From the NCBI RefSeq assembly GCF_032444005.1, contig NC_091283.1, positions 842,208,001-842,272,000 on the forward strand: a stretch of 64,000 nt of DNA, given 5' to 3'. The DNA comes from Ranitomeya imitator (lineage: Eukaryota). Position 1 is the stretch's first letter. The number at the start of each line of letters is the position of its first letter. The position numbers were made by a program, and so were the translations under genes. Shown one piece after another: positions 25,261 to 37,430 of this stretch. The notes under the pieces were generated by a model, which saw nothing but the letters and a program-made list of their open reading frames with translations, searched no databases and was not told the DNA's origin.

Positions 25261-26417
25261 GCCGAGAAAAAGATGTCATGCTATACATAAAGGGGAACCA
25301 CCAAACAATAATGAAGATAAATAAAGATAAACTTGAATATTTTATTGTATCGACCAACACACAAAACAAACCACTACAATTAAAAACACTTAAAACAGAG
25401 TACACACCTGCTCCTGACGAAGCCACTCCTAGTGGCGATACGCGTGGGGCTTCAGCCCCCTGGACCTCTGTTTTCATTTGGTATTTGGTCATGCTCTACC
25501 GGTATTTTCTGCACTGGGATGATAGTATAGCGCCCCCCTTTTTGTGGGCTCTATACAGGTAGCTCCGGTCTTATTAGGTATTGGGACAGTATTGGCAGTG
25601 TGTGTCTGTGCTTGGTGGGGTTATGTACACCTCAGGAGGTTCAGATAATCTCTGACCTCTAGATTTACATGTGGGGATATTTGTATGTATAGTGCTTCTC
25701 CTTACTATAGACACTGTGCACTTGCTCTTTACCTTTGCCTATTTGTTCTTATCTGCTCGCAAGGGATACATGTGTTGTCACCATTATTATTGGTATATTC
25801 TTACATCTATATATTGGTAACTTATTGTCAGGCCATTTCATACCGGCCAGTCTTGAATTTGTACCCGAATATGTACCTGTTTAGAATAGAACATTTGGTT
25901 CACATATTACATCTATTTTAATATTGAATATTTATGTACATCATAATACCTGACACTGTTTGACTTATACCCACTATTGTGTGCTGCGAGCTGGACCAGG
26001 AGTAAATATACGTATAATTTCTGCTATTATTCCCATTTTTCATGCATACGCTTTGAATCATTTTACCATCTGTATATATGTGCATGTAGAGCAGCTGTGT
26101 CTGCCACTGACTTTGTCATCTGTAAGTGCATATTGTTATACATGTCCAGGGGGGGTTCCTTATAGGAATCCTTGATGACCTATTCTCTGTTTTAAGTGTT
26201 TTTAATTGTAGTGGTTTGTTTTGTGTGTTGGTCGATACAATAAAATATTCAAGTTTATCTTTATTTATCTTCATTATTGTTTGGTGGTTCCCCTTTATGT
26301 ATAGCATGACATCTTTTTCTCGGCCTTTATAATGTGTACTACAGGTCATGCTTTGGGTTGAACCTCTGTCTTCCGATATTAGGTTGGATGGTGCCCTCCA
26401 TTTTTCTTGTTTATACA
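25261..26417. mobile_element. 1157-bp non-coding insertion in gypsy copy 2, probably a non-autonomous Penelope-like/retrozyme-like element
   Basis: 16-bp TSD ggggtacatggtaatg (25245-25260, 26418-26433); perfect 140-bp inverted repeat 25261-25400 / 26185-26324; hammerhead-like fold 25410-25450; AATAAA in the + strand arm. Confidence 0.7.
25410..25450 (+). ncRNA. Degenerate minimal type I hammerhead ribozyme-like motif
   Basis: GCTC-CTGACGA-A-GCCACT(cct)AGTGGC-GATA-CGCGT-G-GGGC; GAAA core is GATA and the cleavage-site base is G, so probably inactive. Confidence 0.5.
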
Positions 26418-29322
26418 GGGGTACATGGTAATGTTCCTTTTCTGTCTATTTCATCATCCACCCCTTCTGAGGTCCCAGAATTCTTGTCTGATTATCAGGA
26501 TGTATTTGATGAGCCCAAGTCCGATGCCCTACCTCCGCATAGGTATTGTGATTGTGCTATCGATTTGATTCCTGGTAGTAAGTTTCCTAAAGGTCGACTG
26601 TTTAATTTGTCTGTGCCTGAACACGCCGCTATGCGGAGTTACGTGAAGGAGTCTTTGCAGAAGGGTCATATTCGCCCGTCGTCGTCACCATTGGGAGCGG
26701 GGTTCTTTTTTGTGGCCAAGAAGGATGGTTCGTTGAGACCTTGTATAGATTACCGCCTTCTAAATAAAATTACGGTCAAATTTCAGTACCCCTTGCCGCT
26801 GCTGTCTGATTTGTTTGCTCGGATTAAGGGGGCTAGTTGGTTCACCAAGATAGATCTTCGTGGTGCGTATAATCTTGTGCGTATTAAACAGGGCGATGAA
26901 TGGAAAACTGCATTTAATACGCCCGAGGGCCATTTTGAGTACCTGGTTATGCCATTCGGGCTTTCTAATGCTCCATCAGTGTTTCAGTCCTTTATGCATG
27001 ACATCTTCCGAGAGTACCTGGATAAATTCCTGATTGTGTACTTGGATGATATTTTGGTCTTCTCGGATGATTGGGAGTCTCATGTGAAGCAAGTCAGAAT
27101 GGTGTTCCAGGTTCTGCGTGCGAATTCTTTGTTTGTGAAGGGGTCAAAGTGTCTCTTTGGTGTTCAGAAGGTTTCATTTTTGGGGTTCATTTTTTCCCCT
27201 TCTACTATCGAGATGGACCCTGTTAAAGTTCAGGCCATTTATGATTGGACTCAGCCGACATCTCTGAAGAGTCTGCAAAAGTTCCTGGGCTTTGCTAATT
27301 TTTATCGTCGCTTCATCAATAATTTTTCTAGTATTGCTAAACCGTTGACTGAGTTAACCAAGAAGGGTGCTGATGTGGTCAATTGGTCTTCTGCTGCTGT
27401 GGAAGCTTTTCAAGAGTTGAAGCGTCGTTTTTCTTCTGCCCCTGTGTTGTGCCAACCAGATGTTTCGCTCCCGTTCCAGGTTGAGGTTGATGCTTCTGAG
27501 ATTGGAGCAGGGGCTGTTTTGTCGCAAAGAAGTTCTGATGGCTCAGTGATGAAACCATGCGCCTTCTTTTCCAGGAAGTTTTCGCCTGCTGAGCGTAATT
27601 ATGATGTTGGCAATCGAGAGTTGCTGGCCATGAAGTGGGCATTCGAGGAGTGACGTCATTGGCTTGAAGGAGCTAAGCATCGTGTGGTGGTCTTGACTGA
27701 TCACAAGAACTTGACTTATCTCGAGTCTGCCAAACGGTTGAATCCTAGACAGGCTCGTTGGTCGCTGTTTTTCTCCCGTTTTGACTTTGTGGTTTCGTAC
27801 CTTCCGGGCTCTAAAAATGTGAAGGCGGATGCTCTGTCTAGGAGTTTTGTGCCCGACTCTCCGGGTTTGTCTGAGCCGGCGGGTATTCTCAAAGAGGGGG
27901 TAATTTTGTCTGCCATCTCCCCTGATTTGCGGCGGTTGCTGCAAAAATTTCAGGCTAATAGACCTGACCGTTGCCCAGCGGAGAAACTGTTAGTCCCTGA
28001 TAAATGGACGAGTAGAGTTATCTCTGAGGTTCATTGTTCGGTGCTGGCTGGTCATCCTGGAATCTTTGGTACCAGAGATTTGGTGGCTAGATCCTTTTGG
28101 TGGCCGTCTCTGTCGCGGGATGTGCGTTCGTTTGTGCAGTCCTGTGGGATTTGTGCTTGGGCTAAGCCCTGCTGTTCTCGTGCCAGTGGGTTGCTTTTGC
28201 CCTTGCCAGTCCCGAAGAGGCCCTGGACACATATCTCTATGGATTTTATTTCGGATCTCCCCGTCTCTCAAAAAATGTCGGTCATTTGGGTTGTTTGTGA
28301 TCGCTTCTCTAAGATGGTCCATTTGGTACCCTTGTCTAAATTGCCTTCCTCCTCTGATTTGGTGCCATTGTTCTTCCAGCATGTGGTTCGTTTACATGGC
28401 ATTCCGGAGAACATCGTTTCTGACAGAGGTTCCCAGTTTGTTTCGAGGTTTTGGCGAGCCTTTTGTGCTAGGATGGGCATTGATTTGTCTTTTTCCTCGG
28501 CTTTCCATCCTCAGACAAATGGCCAGACTGAACGAACCAATCAGACCTTGGAAACATATCTGAGATGTTTTGTTTCTGCCGATCAGGATGATTGGGTGTC
28601 CTTTTTGCCTTTGGCTGAGTTCGCCCTTAATAATCGGGCCAGCTAGGCTACTTTGGTTTCGCCGTTTTTCTGCAATTCTGGTTTCCATCCTCGTTTCTCT
28701 TCAGGGTAGGTTGAGTCTTCTGACTGTCCTGGTGTGGATACTGTGGTGGATAGGTTGCAGCAGATTTGGACTCATGTGGTGGACAATTTGACATTGTCTC
28801 AGGAGAAGGCTCAACGTTTCGCTAACCGCAGGCGCTGTGTGGGTCCCCGACTTCGTGTTGGGGATTTGGTTTGGTTGTCATCTCGTTATATTCCTATGAA
28901 AGTTTCCTCTCCTAAGTTTAAGCCTCGTTTCATTGGTCCGTATAGGATTTCTGAGGTTCTTAATCCTGTGTCTTTTCGTTTGACCCTTCCAGCTTCTTTT
29001 TCCATCCATAACGTATTCCATAGGTCATTGTTGCGGAGATACGTGGCACCTGTGGTTCCATCCGTTGATCCTGCTGCCCCGGTTTTGATTGAAGGGGAGT
29101 TGGAGTATATAGTGGAGAAGATTTTGGATTCTCGTATTTCGAGACGGAAACTCCAGTACCTGGTTAAGTGGAAGGGTTATGGTCAGGAAGATAATACCTG
29201 GGTCTTTGCCTCTGATGTTCATGCTGCCGATCTGGTTCGTGCCTTTCATTTGGCTCATCCTGGTCGGCCTGGGGGCTCTGGTGAGGGTTCGGTGACCCCT
29301 CCTCAAGGGGGGGGGGGGGTAC

Positions 29323-30135
29323 TGTTGTGAATTCTGTGGTCAAGCTCCCTCCTGTGGTCGTGAGTGGTACTTCGGCTGGTTCTGTCTGTGAGCTTCCTCT
29401 GGTGGATGTGAGTGGGGCTGCGGCTTCTGAGTTTCCTTCCTCAGGTGACGAGGTTAAGTCGTTAGGTGCTGCTCTATTTAACTCCACCTAGTTCTTTGTT
29501 CCTGGCCTCCAGTCAATGTTCCAGTATTGGTCTTGCTTTCTCCTGGATCGTTCTTGTGGCCTGTCTGCCCTGCATAAGCTAAGTTTTGCTTGTGTTACTT
29601 TTGGTTGCTATATTTTCTGTCCAGCTTGCTATATTGGTTTTTCTTGCTTGCTGGAAGCTCTGAGACGCAGAGGGAGCACCTCCGTACCGTTAGTCGGTGC
29701 GGAGGGTCTTTTTGCCCCTCTGCGTGGTTGTTTGTAGGTTTTTGTGCTGACTGCAAAGCTATCTTTCCTATCCTCGGTCTATTTAGTAAGTCGGGCCTCA
29801 CTTTGCTAAAACCTATTTCATCTCTGTGTTTGTATTTTCATCTTTACTCACAGTCATTATTTGTGGGGGGCTGCCTTTTCCTTTGGGGAATTTCTCTGAG
29901 GCAAGGTAGGCTTATTTTTCTATCTTCAGGGCTAGCTAGTTTCTCAGGCTGTGCCGAGTTGCATAGGGAGCGTTAGGCGCAATCCACGGCTACCTCTAGT
30001 GTGGTATGATAGGATTAGGGATTGCGGTCAGCAGAGTTCCCACGTCTCAGAGTTCGTCCTATGTTAGTAACTATCAGGTCACTTGTGCTCTTAACCACTA
30101 GGTCCATTGTGGTTCTGAATCACCTGTTCATAACA
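29323..30135 (+). repeat. 3' LTR of gypsy copy 2 (813 bp)
   Basis: Direct repeat of 23134-23947 after the PPT. Confidence 0.95.
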
Positions 30136-33100
30136 GCACTGGTTCTGGTTTCCCCCTTTTGCTCAGTATTGGGGGGCTGGTTGGGTACTGATTCTGGTTT
30201 CCCCCTTTGCTCAGTATTGGAGGTCTGGTTGGACAGTGGTTCTGGTTGCCCCATTTGCTCAGTACTAGGAGGCTGGGAGGGCTCTGGTTCTGGTTTCCCC
30301 CTTTGTCAGGTATTGGGGGGGCTGGTTGGGCACTGATTCTGTTTCCCTCTTTGCTCAGTATTGGGGGGCTGGTTGGGCACTGGTTCTGGTTTCCCCCTTT
30401 GCTCAGTATTGGGGGCTGGTTGGGCACTGGTTCTGGTATCCCCTTTCCTCAGTATTGGGGGGCTTGTTGGTCACTGGTTCTGGTTTCCCCCTTTTCTCAG
30501 TATTGGGGGTCTGGTTAGACAGTGGTTGTGGTTGCTCCATTTGCTCAGTACTAGGAGGATGGGAGGGCTCTGGTTCTGGTTTCCCCCTTTGTCAGGTATT
30601 GGGGGGCTGGGTGGGCACTGGTTCTGGTTTTCCCTTTTGCCCAGTATTGGGAGACAAGTTGGGCACTGGTTCAGGTTTCCCCCTTTGCTCAGTATTGGGG
30701 GGCTGGTTGGGCACTGGTTCTGGTTTCCCCTTTTGCCCAATATTGGGAGGCATGTTGGGCACTGGTTCTGGTTTCCCCCTTTGCTCAGTATTGGGGGGCT
30801 GGTTGGGCACTGGTTCTGGTTTCCCCTTTTGCCCAATATTGGGAGGCATGTTGGGCACTGGTTCTGGTTTCCCCCTTTGCTCAGTATTGGGGGGCTGGTT
30901 GGGCACTGGTTCTGGTTTCCACCTTTGCTCAGTATTGGGGGGCTGGTTGGACACTGGTTCTGGTTTCCCCTTTTGCTCTGTATTAGAGGGCTGGTTGGGC
31001 ACTGGTTCTCTTTTCCCTCTTTGCTCAGTGTTGGAGGGCTGGTTGGGCACTGGTTCTGGTTTCCTCTTTGCTCAGTATTGGGGGGCTGGTTGGGCACTGG
31101 TTCTGGTTTCCCCCTTTGCTCAGTATTGGGGGGCTGGTGGGGCACTGATTCTGGTTCCCCCTTTGCTCAGTATTGGGGGGCTGGGTGGGCACTGGTTCTC
31201 CCCCCCTTTGCTCAGTATTGGGGGGCTGGTTGGGCACTGATTCTGGTTCCCCCTTTGCTCAGTATTGGGGGGCTGGTTGGGCACTGGTTCAGATTCCCCC
31301 TTTGCTCAGTATTGGGGGGCTGGTTGGACAGTGGTTCTGATTTCCCCTTTGCTCAGTATTGGGGGGCTGGTTGGGCACTGGTTCAGGTTCCCCCTTTGCT
31401 CAGTATTGGGGGGCTGGTTGGACAGTGGTTCTGGTTTCCCCTTTGCTCAGTATTGGGGGGCTGGTTGGGCACTGGTTCAGGTTCCCCCTTTGCTCAGTAT
31501 TGGGGGGCTGGTTGGGCACTGGTTCAGGTTCCCCCTTTGCTCAGTATAGGGGGGCTGGGTGGGCACTGGTTCTCGTTTCCCCCTTTGATCAGTATTGGGG
31601 GGCTGGGTGGGCACTGGTTCTGGTTTCCCTCTTTGCTCCGTATTGGGGGGCTGGTTGGGCACTGGTTCAGGTTTCCCCCTTTGCTCAGTATTGGGGGCTG
31701 GTTGGGCACTGGTTCTGGTTTCCACCTTTGCACAGTATTGGGGGGCTGGTTGGGCACTGGTTCTTGTGTCCCCTTTGCTCAGTATTGGGGGGCTGGGTTG
31801 GCACTGCTTCTGGTTTCCCCCTTTGCTCAGTATTGGGGGGCTGGTTGGGCACTGCTTCTGGTTTCCCCCTTTGCTCAGTATTGGGGGGCTGGTTGGGCAC
31901 TGGTTCAGGTTTCCCCTTTGCTCAGTATTGGGGGGCTGGTTGGGCACTGGTTCAGGTTTCCACCTTTGCTCAGTATTGGGGGGGCTGGTTGGGTACTGGT
32001 TCTGGTTTCCCTCTTTGCTCAGTATTGGGGGGCTGGTTGGGCACTGGTTCAGGTTTCCCCTTTGCTCAGTATTGGGGGTCTGGGTGGGCACTGGTTCAGG
32101 TTTCCACCTTTGCTCAGTATTGGGGGGCTGGTTGGGCACTGGTTCAGGTTTCCCCTTTGCTCAGTATTGGGGGTCTGGGTGGGCCCTGGTTCAGGTTTCC
32201 CCTTTGCTCAGTATTGGGGGGCTGGTTGGGTACTGGTTCTGGTTTCCCCCTTTGCTCAGTATTGGGGGGCTGGTTGGGCACTGGTTCAGGTTTCCCCTTT
32301 GCTCAGTATTGGGGGGCTGGTTGGGCACTGGTTCAGGTTTCCACCTTTGCTCAGTATTGGGGGGGCTGGTTGGGTACTGGTTCTGGTTTCCCCCTTTGCT
32401 CAGTATTGGGGGGCTGGTTGGGCACTGGTTCAGGTTTCCCCTTTGCTCAGTATTGGGGGGCTGGGTGGGCACTGGTTCAGGTTTCCTCTTTGTATTGGGG
32501 GGCTGGTTGGGTACTGGTTCTGGTTTCCCCCTTTGCTCAGTATTGGGGGGCTGGTTGGGCACTGGTTCAGGTTTCCCCTTTGCTCAGTATTGGGGGGCTG
32601 GTTGGGCACTGGTTCAGGTTTCCACCTTTGCTCAGTATTGGGGGGGCTGGTTGGGTACTGGTTCTGGTTTCCCCCTTTGCTCAGTATTGGGGGGGGCTGG
32701 TTGGGCACTGGTTCTGGTTTCCCCCTTTGCTCAGTATTGGGGGGGCTGGTTGGGCACTGCTTCTGGTTTCCCCCTTTGCTCAGTATTGGGGGGCTGGTTG
32801 GGCACTGGTTCAGGTTTCCCCTTTGCTCAGTATTGGGGGGCTGGTTGGGCACTGGTTCAGGTTTCCATCTTTGCTCAGTATTGGGGGGGCTGGTTGGGTA
32901 CTGGTTCTGGTTTCCCCCTTTGCTCAGTATTGGGGGGGCTGGTTGGGCACTGCTTCTGGTTTCCCCCTTTGCTCAGTATTGGGGGGCTGGTTGGGCACTG
33001 GTTCAGGTTTCCCCTTTGCTCAGTATTGGGGGGCTGGTTGGGCACTGGTTCAGGTTTCCATCTTTGCTCAGTATTGGGGGGGGCTGGTTGGGCACTGGTT

Positions 33101-33413
33101 CTGGTTTCCCCCTTTGCTCAGTATTGGGGGGGCTGGTTGGGCACTGCTTCTGGTTTCCCCCTTTGCTCAGTATTGGGGGGCTGGTTGGGCACTGGTTCAG
33201 GTTTCCCCTTTGCTCAGTATTGGGGGGCTGGTTGGGCACTGGTTCAGGTTTCCATCTTTGCTCAGTATTGGGGGGGCTGGTTGGGTACTGGTTCTGGTTT
33301 CCCCCTTTGCTCAGTATTGGGGGGCTGGTTGGGCGCTGGTTCAGGTTTCCCCTTTGCTCAGTATTGGGGGGCTGGGTGGGCACTGGTTCAGGTTTCCCCT
33401 TTGTATTGGGGGC
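30136..33413. repeat. ~48-50 bp G-rich satellite, right part (~67 copies), ending just upstream of the DUSP5 promoter
   Basis: Direct periodicity; giant GWLGTGSG-type ORFs are artefacts. Confidence 0.95.
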
Positions 33414-33489
33414 TGCCTGGGGTGAATCATCGTCTCCCCCGCATCTTCCCTCCTACATTCAGCACTGGGAAAGTCTATGATTGAGTGCA

Positions 33490-33660
33490 GGGGGCGGGGA
33501 CACATAGGTTTCAATGAATGGAGCACGGAGTACGTCACTCTCCATATATAGGCATTGACGTCACTGGCGGGTGGACCAATCACTTATAAGCAGCGGCTTC
33601 GGGAACCCCCGAGGCGGAAGTGAATTTAAAGAGCCGCTCGGAGCGCAGAGCTCACAGTGA
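33490..33660 (+). promoter_or_regulatory. DUSP5: DUSP5 proximal promoter
   Basis: GC box ggggcgggg 33491-33499; CRE-like tacgtca 33531-33537; CArG-like ccatatatagg 33542-33552; perfect CRE TGACGTCA 33556-33563; gaccaatca CCAAT 33576-33580; ETS gcggaagtg 33614-33622; TATA-like tttaaa 33625-33630. Confidence 0.75.
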
Positions 33661-33677
33661 TCGCGGCCGGCGCTGAC

Positions 33678-34041
33678 ATGAAGGTGACCTCCATAGAAAG
33701 CCGGCGGCTGCACCGGCTGCTCAGGAAGGAGTTCTCCCGGTGCCTGGTGCTGGACTGCCGCCCCTACCTGCCGTTCAGCGCCTCCAGTGTCCGCGGCTCC
33801 ATCAATGTGAACCTGAACTCCGTGCTGCTGCGCCGGGCGCGGGGGGGAGCGGCTCCTCTGCACTTCGTGGTGCCCGAAGAGGCGGCTCGGTGCCGGCTGA
33901 GGGATGGACAAGTGTCCGTGGTGGTTGTGCTGGACGAACGGAGCCAGAGGTGGCAGAAGCTGAAGAAGGAGAGCGCCGCGCACATAGTGATCACCACCCT
34001 GATGAGCCTGCCGGCCGGGCCCGGGGTCTGCTTCCTGAAGG
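33678..34041 (+). CDS. DUSP5: Dual specificity phosphatase 5, coding exon 1 (rhodanese/Cdc25-like domain with KIM)
   Basis: MKVTSIESRRLHRLLRKE...LDCRPYL...VNLNSVLLRRAR...FLKG matches the DUSP5 N-terminus; GT donor at 34042, phase 1. Confidence 0.95.
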
Positions 34042-34048
34042 GTGAGGA

Positions 34049-36060
34049 GACCCCCTATACCTGACACCCTGTGTATACAGAGACCCCCCTATACCTGCCT
34101 GACCTCCTGTGTATACAGACCCCCTATACCTGCCTGACCTCCTGTGTATACAGACCCCCTATACCTGACCTCATGTGTATATAGACCCCCTATACCTGAC
34201 ACCCTGTGTATTCAGACCCCCCTATACCTGACACCCTGTGTATTCAGACCCCCCTATACCTGACACCCTGTGTATAGAGACCCCCCTATACCTGACACCC
34301 TGTGTATACAGAGACCCCCCTATACCTGCCTGACCTCCTGTGTATACAGACCCCCTATACCTGCCTGACCTCCTGTGTATACAGACCCCCCTATACCTGC
34401 CTGACCTCCTGTGTATACAGACCCCCTATACCTGCCTGACCTCCTGTGTATACAGACCCCCTATACCTGACCTCATGTGTATATAGACCCCTTATACCTG
34501 ACACCCTGTGTATTCAGACCCCCCTATACCTGACACCCTGTGTATAGAGACCCCCTATACCTGACACCTTGTGTATACAGAGACCCCCTATACTTGACTT
34601 CCTGTGTATACAGACCCCCTATACCTGACCTCCTGTGTGTCTAGACCCCCTATACCTGACCTCCTGTGTGTCTAGACCCCCTATACCTGACACCCTGTGT
34701 ATAGAGACCCCCTATACCTGACACCCTCTGTATACAGAGACCCCCCCTATACCTGACACCCTGTGTATACAGAGACCCCCTATACCTGACACCCTGTGTA
34801 TTCAGACCCCCCTATACCTGACACCCTGTGTATCCAGAGACACCCTATACCTGCCTGACCTCCTGTGTATACAGACCCCCTATACCTGACACCCTGTGTA
34901 TAGAGACCCCCCTATACCTGACACCCTGTGTATACAGAGACCCCCTATACCTGACACCCTGTGTATTCAGACCCCCCTATACCTGACACCCTGTGTAGAG
35001 ACCCCCTATACCTGACACCCTGTGTAGAGACCCCCTATACCTGACACCCTGTGTATACAGAGACCCCCTATACCTGACCTCCTGTGTATACAGACCCCCT
35101 ATACCTGACCTCCTGTGTATCTAGACCCCCTATACCTGCCTGACCTCCTGTGTATAGAGACCCCCAATACTGACCTCATGTGTATACAGACCCGCTATAC
35201 CTGACACCCTGTGTATTCAGACCCCCCTATACCTGACACCCCGTGTATAGAGACCCCCTATACCTGACCTCCTGTGTATCCAGAGACCCCCTATACCTGC
35301 CCCGACAGCCTGTGTATAGACCCCCTATACTGACCTCATGTGTATACAGACCCCCTATACCTGACACCCTGTGTATTCAGACCCCCCTATACCTGACACC
35401 CTGTGTATAGAGACCCCCTATACCTGACCTCCTGTGTATCCAGAGACCCCCTATACCTGCCCCGGCAGCCTGTGTATAGACCCCCTATACTGACCTCATG
35501 TGTATACAGACCCCCTATACCTGACACCCTGTGTATTCAGACCCCCCTATACCTGACACCCTGTGTATCTAGACCCCCTATACCTGCCCTGACAGCCTGT
35601 GTATAGAGACCCCTTATACCTGACACCTTGTGTATACAGTGACCCCCTATACCTGACCTCCTGTGTATACAGACCCCCTATACCTGACTTCCTGTGTATA
35701 CAGACCCCCTATACCTGCCCCGACACCCTGTGTATACAGAGACCCCCCCCCCTATACCTGCCCCGATATCCTGTGTATAGAGACACCCCCCCCCCCATAC
35801 CTGCCTGTCCTCCTGTGTATAGAGACCCCCTATAACTGCCCCAACATCCTGTGTATACACCCCGTATACCTGCCCCGATATCCGGTGTATACAGTCCCCG
35901 TATACCTGCTCTGACATCCTGTGTATACAGTCCCCATATACCTGCTCTGACATCCTGTGTATACAGTCCCCATATACCTGCTCTGACATCCTGTGTATAC
36001 AGTCCCCATATACCTGCCCTGACATCCTATATATCCTGTATATACAGACCCCCCTATAGC
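34049..36060. repeat. C-rich ~28-34 bp imperfect minisatellite (cccctatacctgacaccctgtgtatacagaga) in DUSP5 intron 1
   Basis: Direct periodicity beginning within ~10 nt of the splice donor. Confidence 0.92.
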
Positions 36061-37339
36061 TACCCCGCAGCACTGCTCCTCCTGTATAGTAGAAGTGTAT
36101 AGATTACCAGCGCCTTACATAGATGGGTTTTAGCGCCTCATATATTGTACACTGTTGTATGTATTGTAGACCCCCGTGTTCCCCCGTACACCCCCCATAC
36201 CCCCCTCTTCCAGCCTCCTGTATTACTGGCGTGATGATTAGCGCAATGTTCAGACATCTGATCTTCATGGATCATCCTCTGAATTCTTCCCTTATTAGCG
36301 GTGACTCGGATCTCCTCCATTTTTTGACGCTTCACATCCCTTTATATTTCCTAATTGGGGGTCGTCCTGTCTCTGCACCCCCTGCTTGTGTTTTCTCAGG
36401 TTATTCTATGTTACACACTGAATATCCCATTATAGATCCTTCTGATTCCCTCTTGTGATTGATTCCCCTCCCCCATTGATTGTCGCCTCATTATTACAGC
36501 CCTCATCTTCGCTCCACAGCTGCTATTTTTAGTAGGGACACATAATGGCGGTTGTCTGCTGGGTTCTTCCTCCTGTTGTCGCTCATCTACTTATGTAACT
36601 GATATTCTAGATTATTAGTCCATGTTCTGTATCTCCGATGGTAATAATCTAATGTCCATGATGTTGGGGCTCCTTTATGGATGGGGTTTCCTGTTCTATT
36701 CTCCCATCACTTTATGTATCTGATGGGGGGATACATTGTATCCAGTACAGGAAATCCAGTCACCGGCCCCCTCCCTCCGCTGAATAGAATGACTATTGAG
36801 GAGTCAGGAAGAAGAATCTGTGGTTAATTGAATCATCTCATCATTAGACAGCTGCCATGTCCTGTACTGGCCACAACTGGTGGCTGCTGGGCCCCTGCTG
36901 CTCCTTAATGGGGCAGTAAAGTAATGACCCCCTGAGGCTTCTCTGCTGGGCTGTCAGGGGGTTATGTGCAGGTCATGGGGGTCCGATTGTCACCTCCAGA
37001 ATGTACATGTGTGATGGGGGTCTGGCTGCCTGGATCTGTCCCCATCCCCCACCTATTCCTGTCTGCTTTTAGCTATTGCAGTCACTACTGGGAGTCATTA
37101 CATCATTTTATAGAGAATTTCCCCAATATTGTGGAGGAAACATCTTAACCCTCGAGTTGTCTGTATGAAATTCTGTCCAGTCCTTTTTTGGGAAAGGTGG
37201 GTGACTATAATATGGCTGCCGTTTTAGGCTGGGTATTTACCTGAACCCCACACTTTCATATGCTGGAGCAAATCTTGTGTCTCGGGATTTCATCTCTTGG
37301 TCCGAGTCGTTTGTAGGAATTTTCCCTTGTTTGTTTTGG

Positions 37340-37430
37340 TGATCTGGTGTTTGAAACGGTAACACTGTAAAGCGCTGCGGAATATGTTGGCGCTATATAA
37401 ATAAAGATTATTATTATTATTATTATTTTG
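37340..37430 (+). mobile_element. L2/SINE-type 3' end with (TAT)n tail in DUSP5 intron 1
   Basis: gtaaagcgctgcggaatatgttggcgctatataaataaag followed by attattatt; a related reverse copy lies at ~55050-55110. Confidence 0.55.

Larger units (their letters stand above)
24084..29330 (+). pseudogene. Disrupted gag-pol of gypsy copy 2
   Basis: Same motifs as copy 1; broken by the 25261-26417 insertion, stops at 27651-27653 (TGA), 28644-28646 (TAG), 28707-28709 (TAG), and a longer PPT G-run that shifts the C-terminal frame. Confidence 0.95.
23134..30135 (+). mobile_element. Full-length Ty3/gypsy chromovirus (same family as copy 1), copy 2
   Basis: LTRs 23134-23947 and 29323-30135; PPT G13 at 29307-29319; TSD gcactg at 23128-23133 and 30136-30141; same domain order. 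Confidence 0.97.

Noticed and set aside
30326-33484. Gly/Trp-rich ORFs up to 1039 aa upstream of DUSP5
   Set aside because: Translations of the ~49-bp satellite in shifting frames; not part of DUSP5
33657-33677. Upstream GTG start extending the DUSP5 N-terminus; ORF-track starts at 38006, 39383 and 40904
   Set aside because: MKVTS at 33678 matches the known DUSP5 start; the other starts are intronic extensions upstream of AG acceptors
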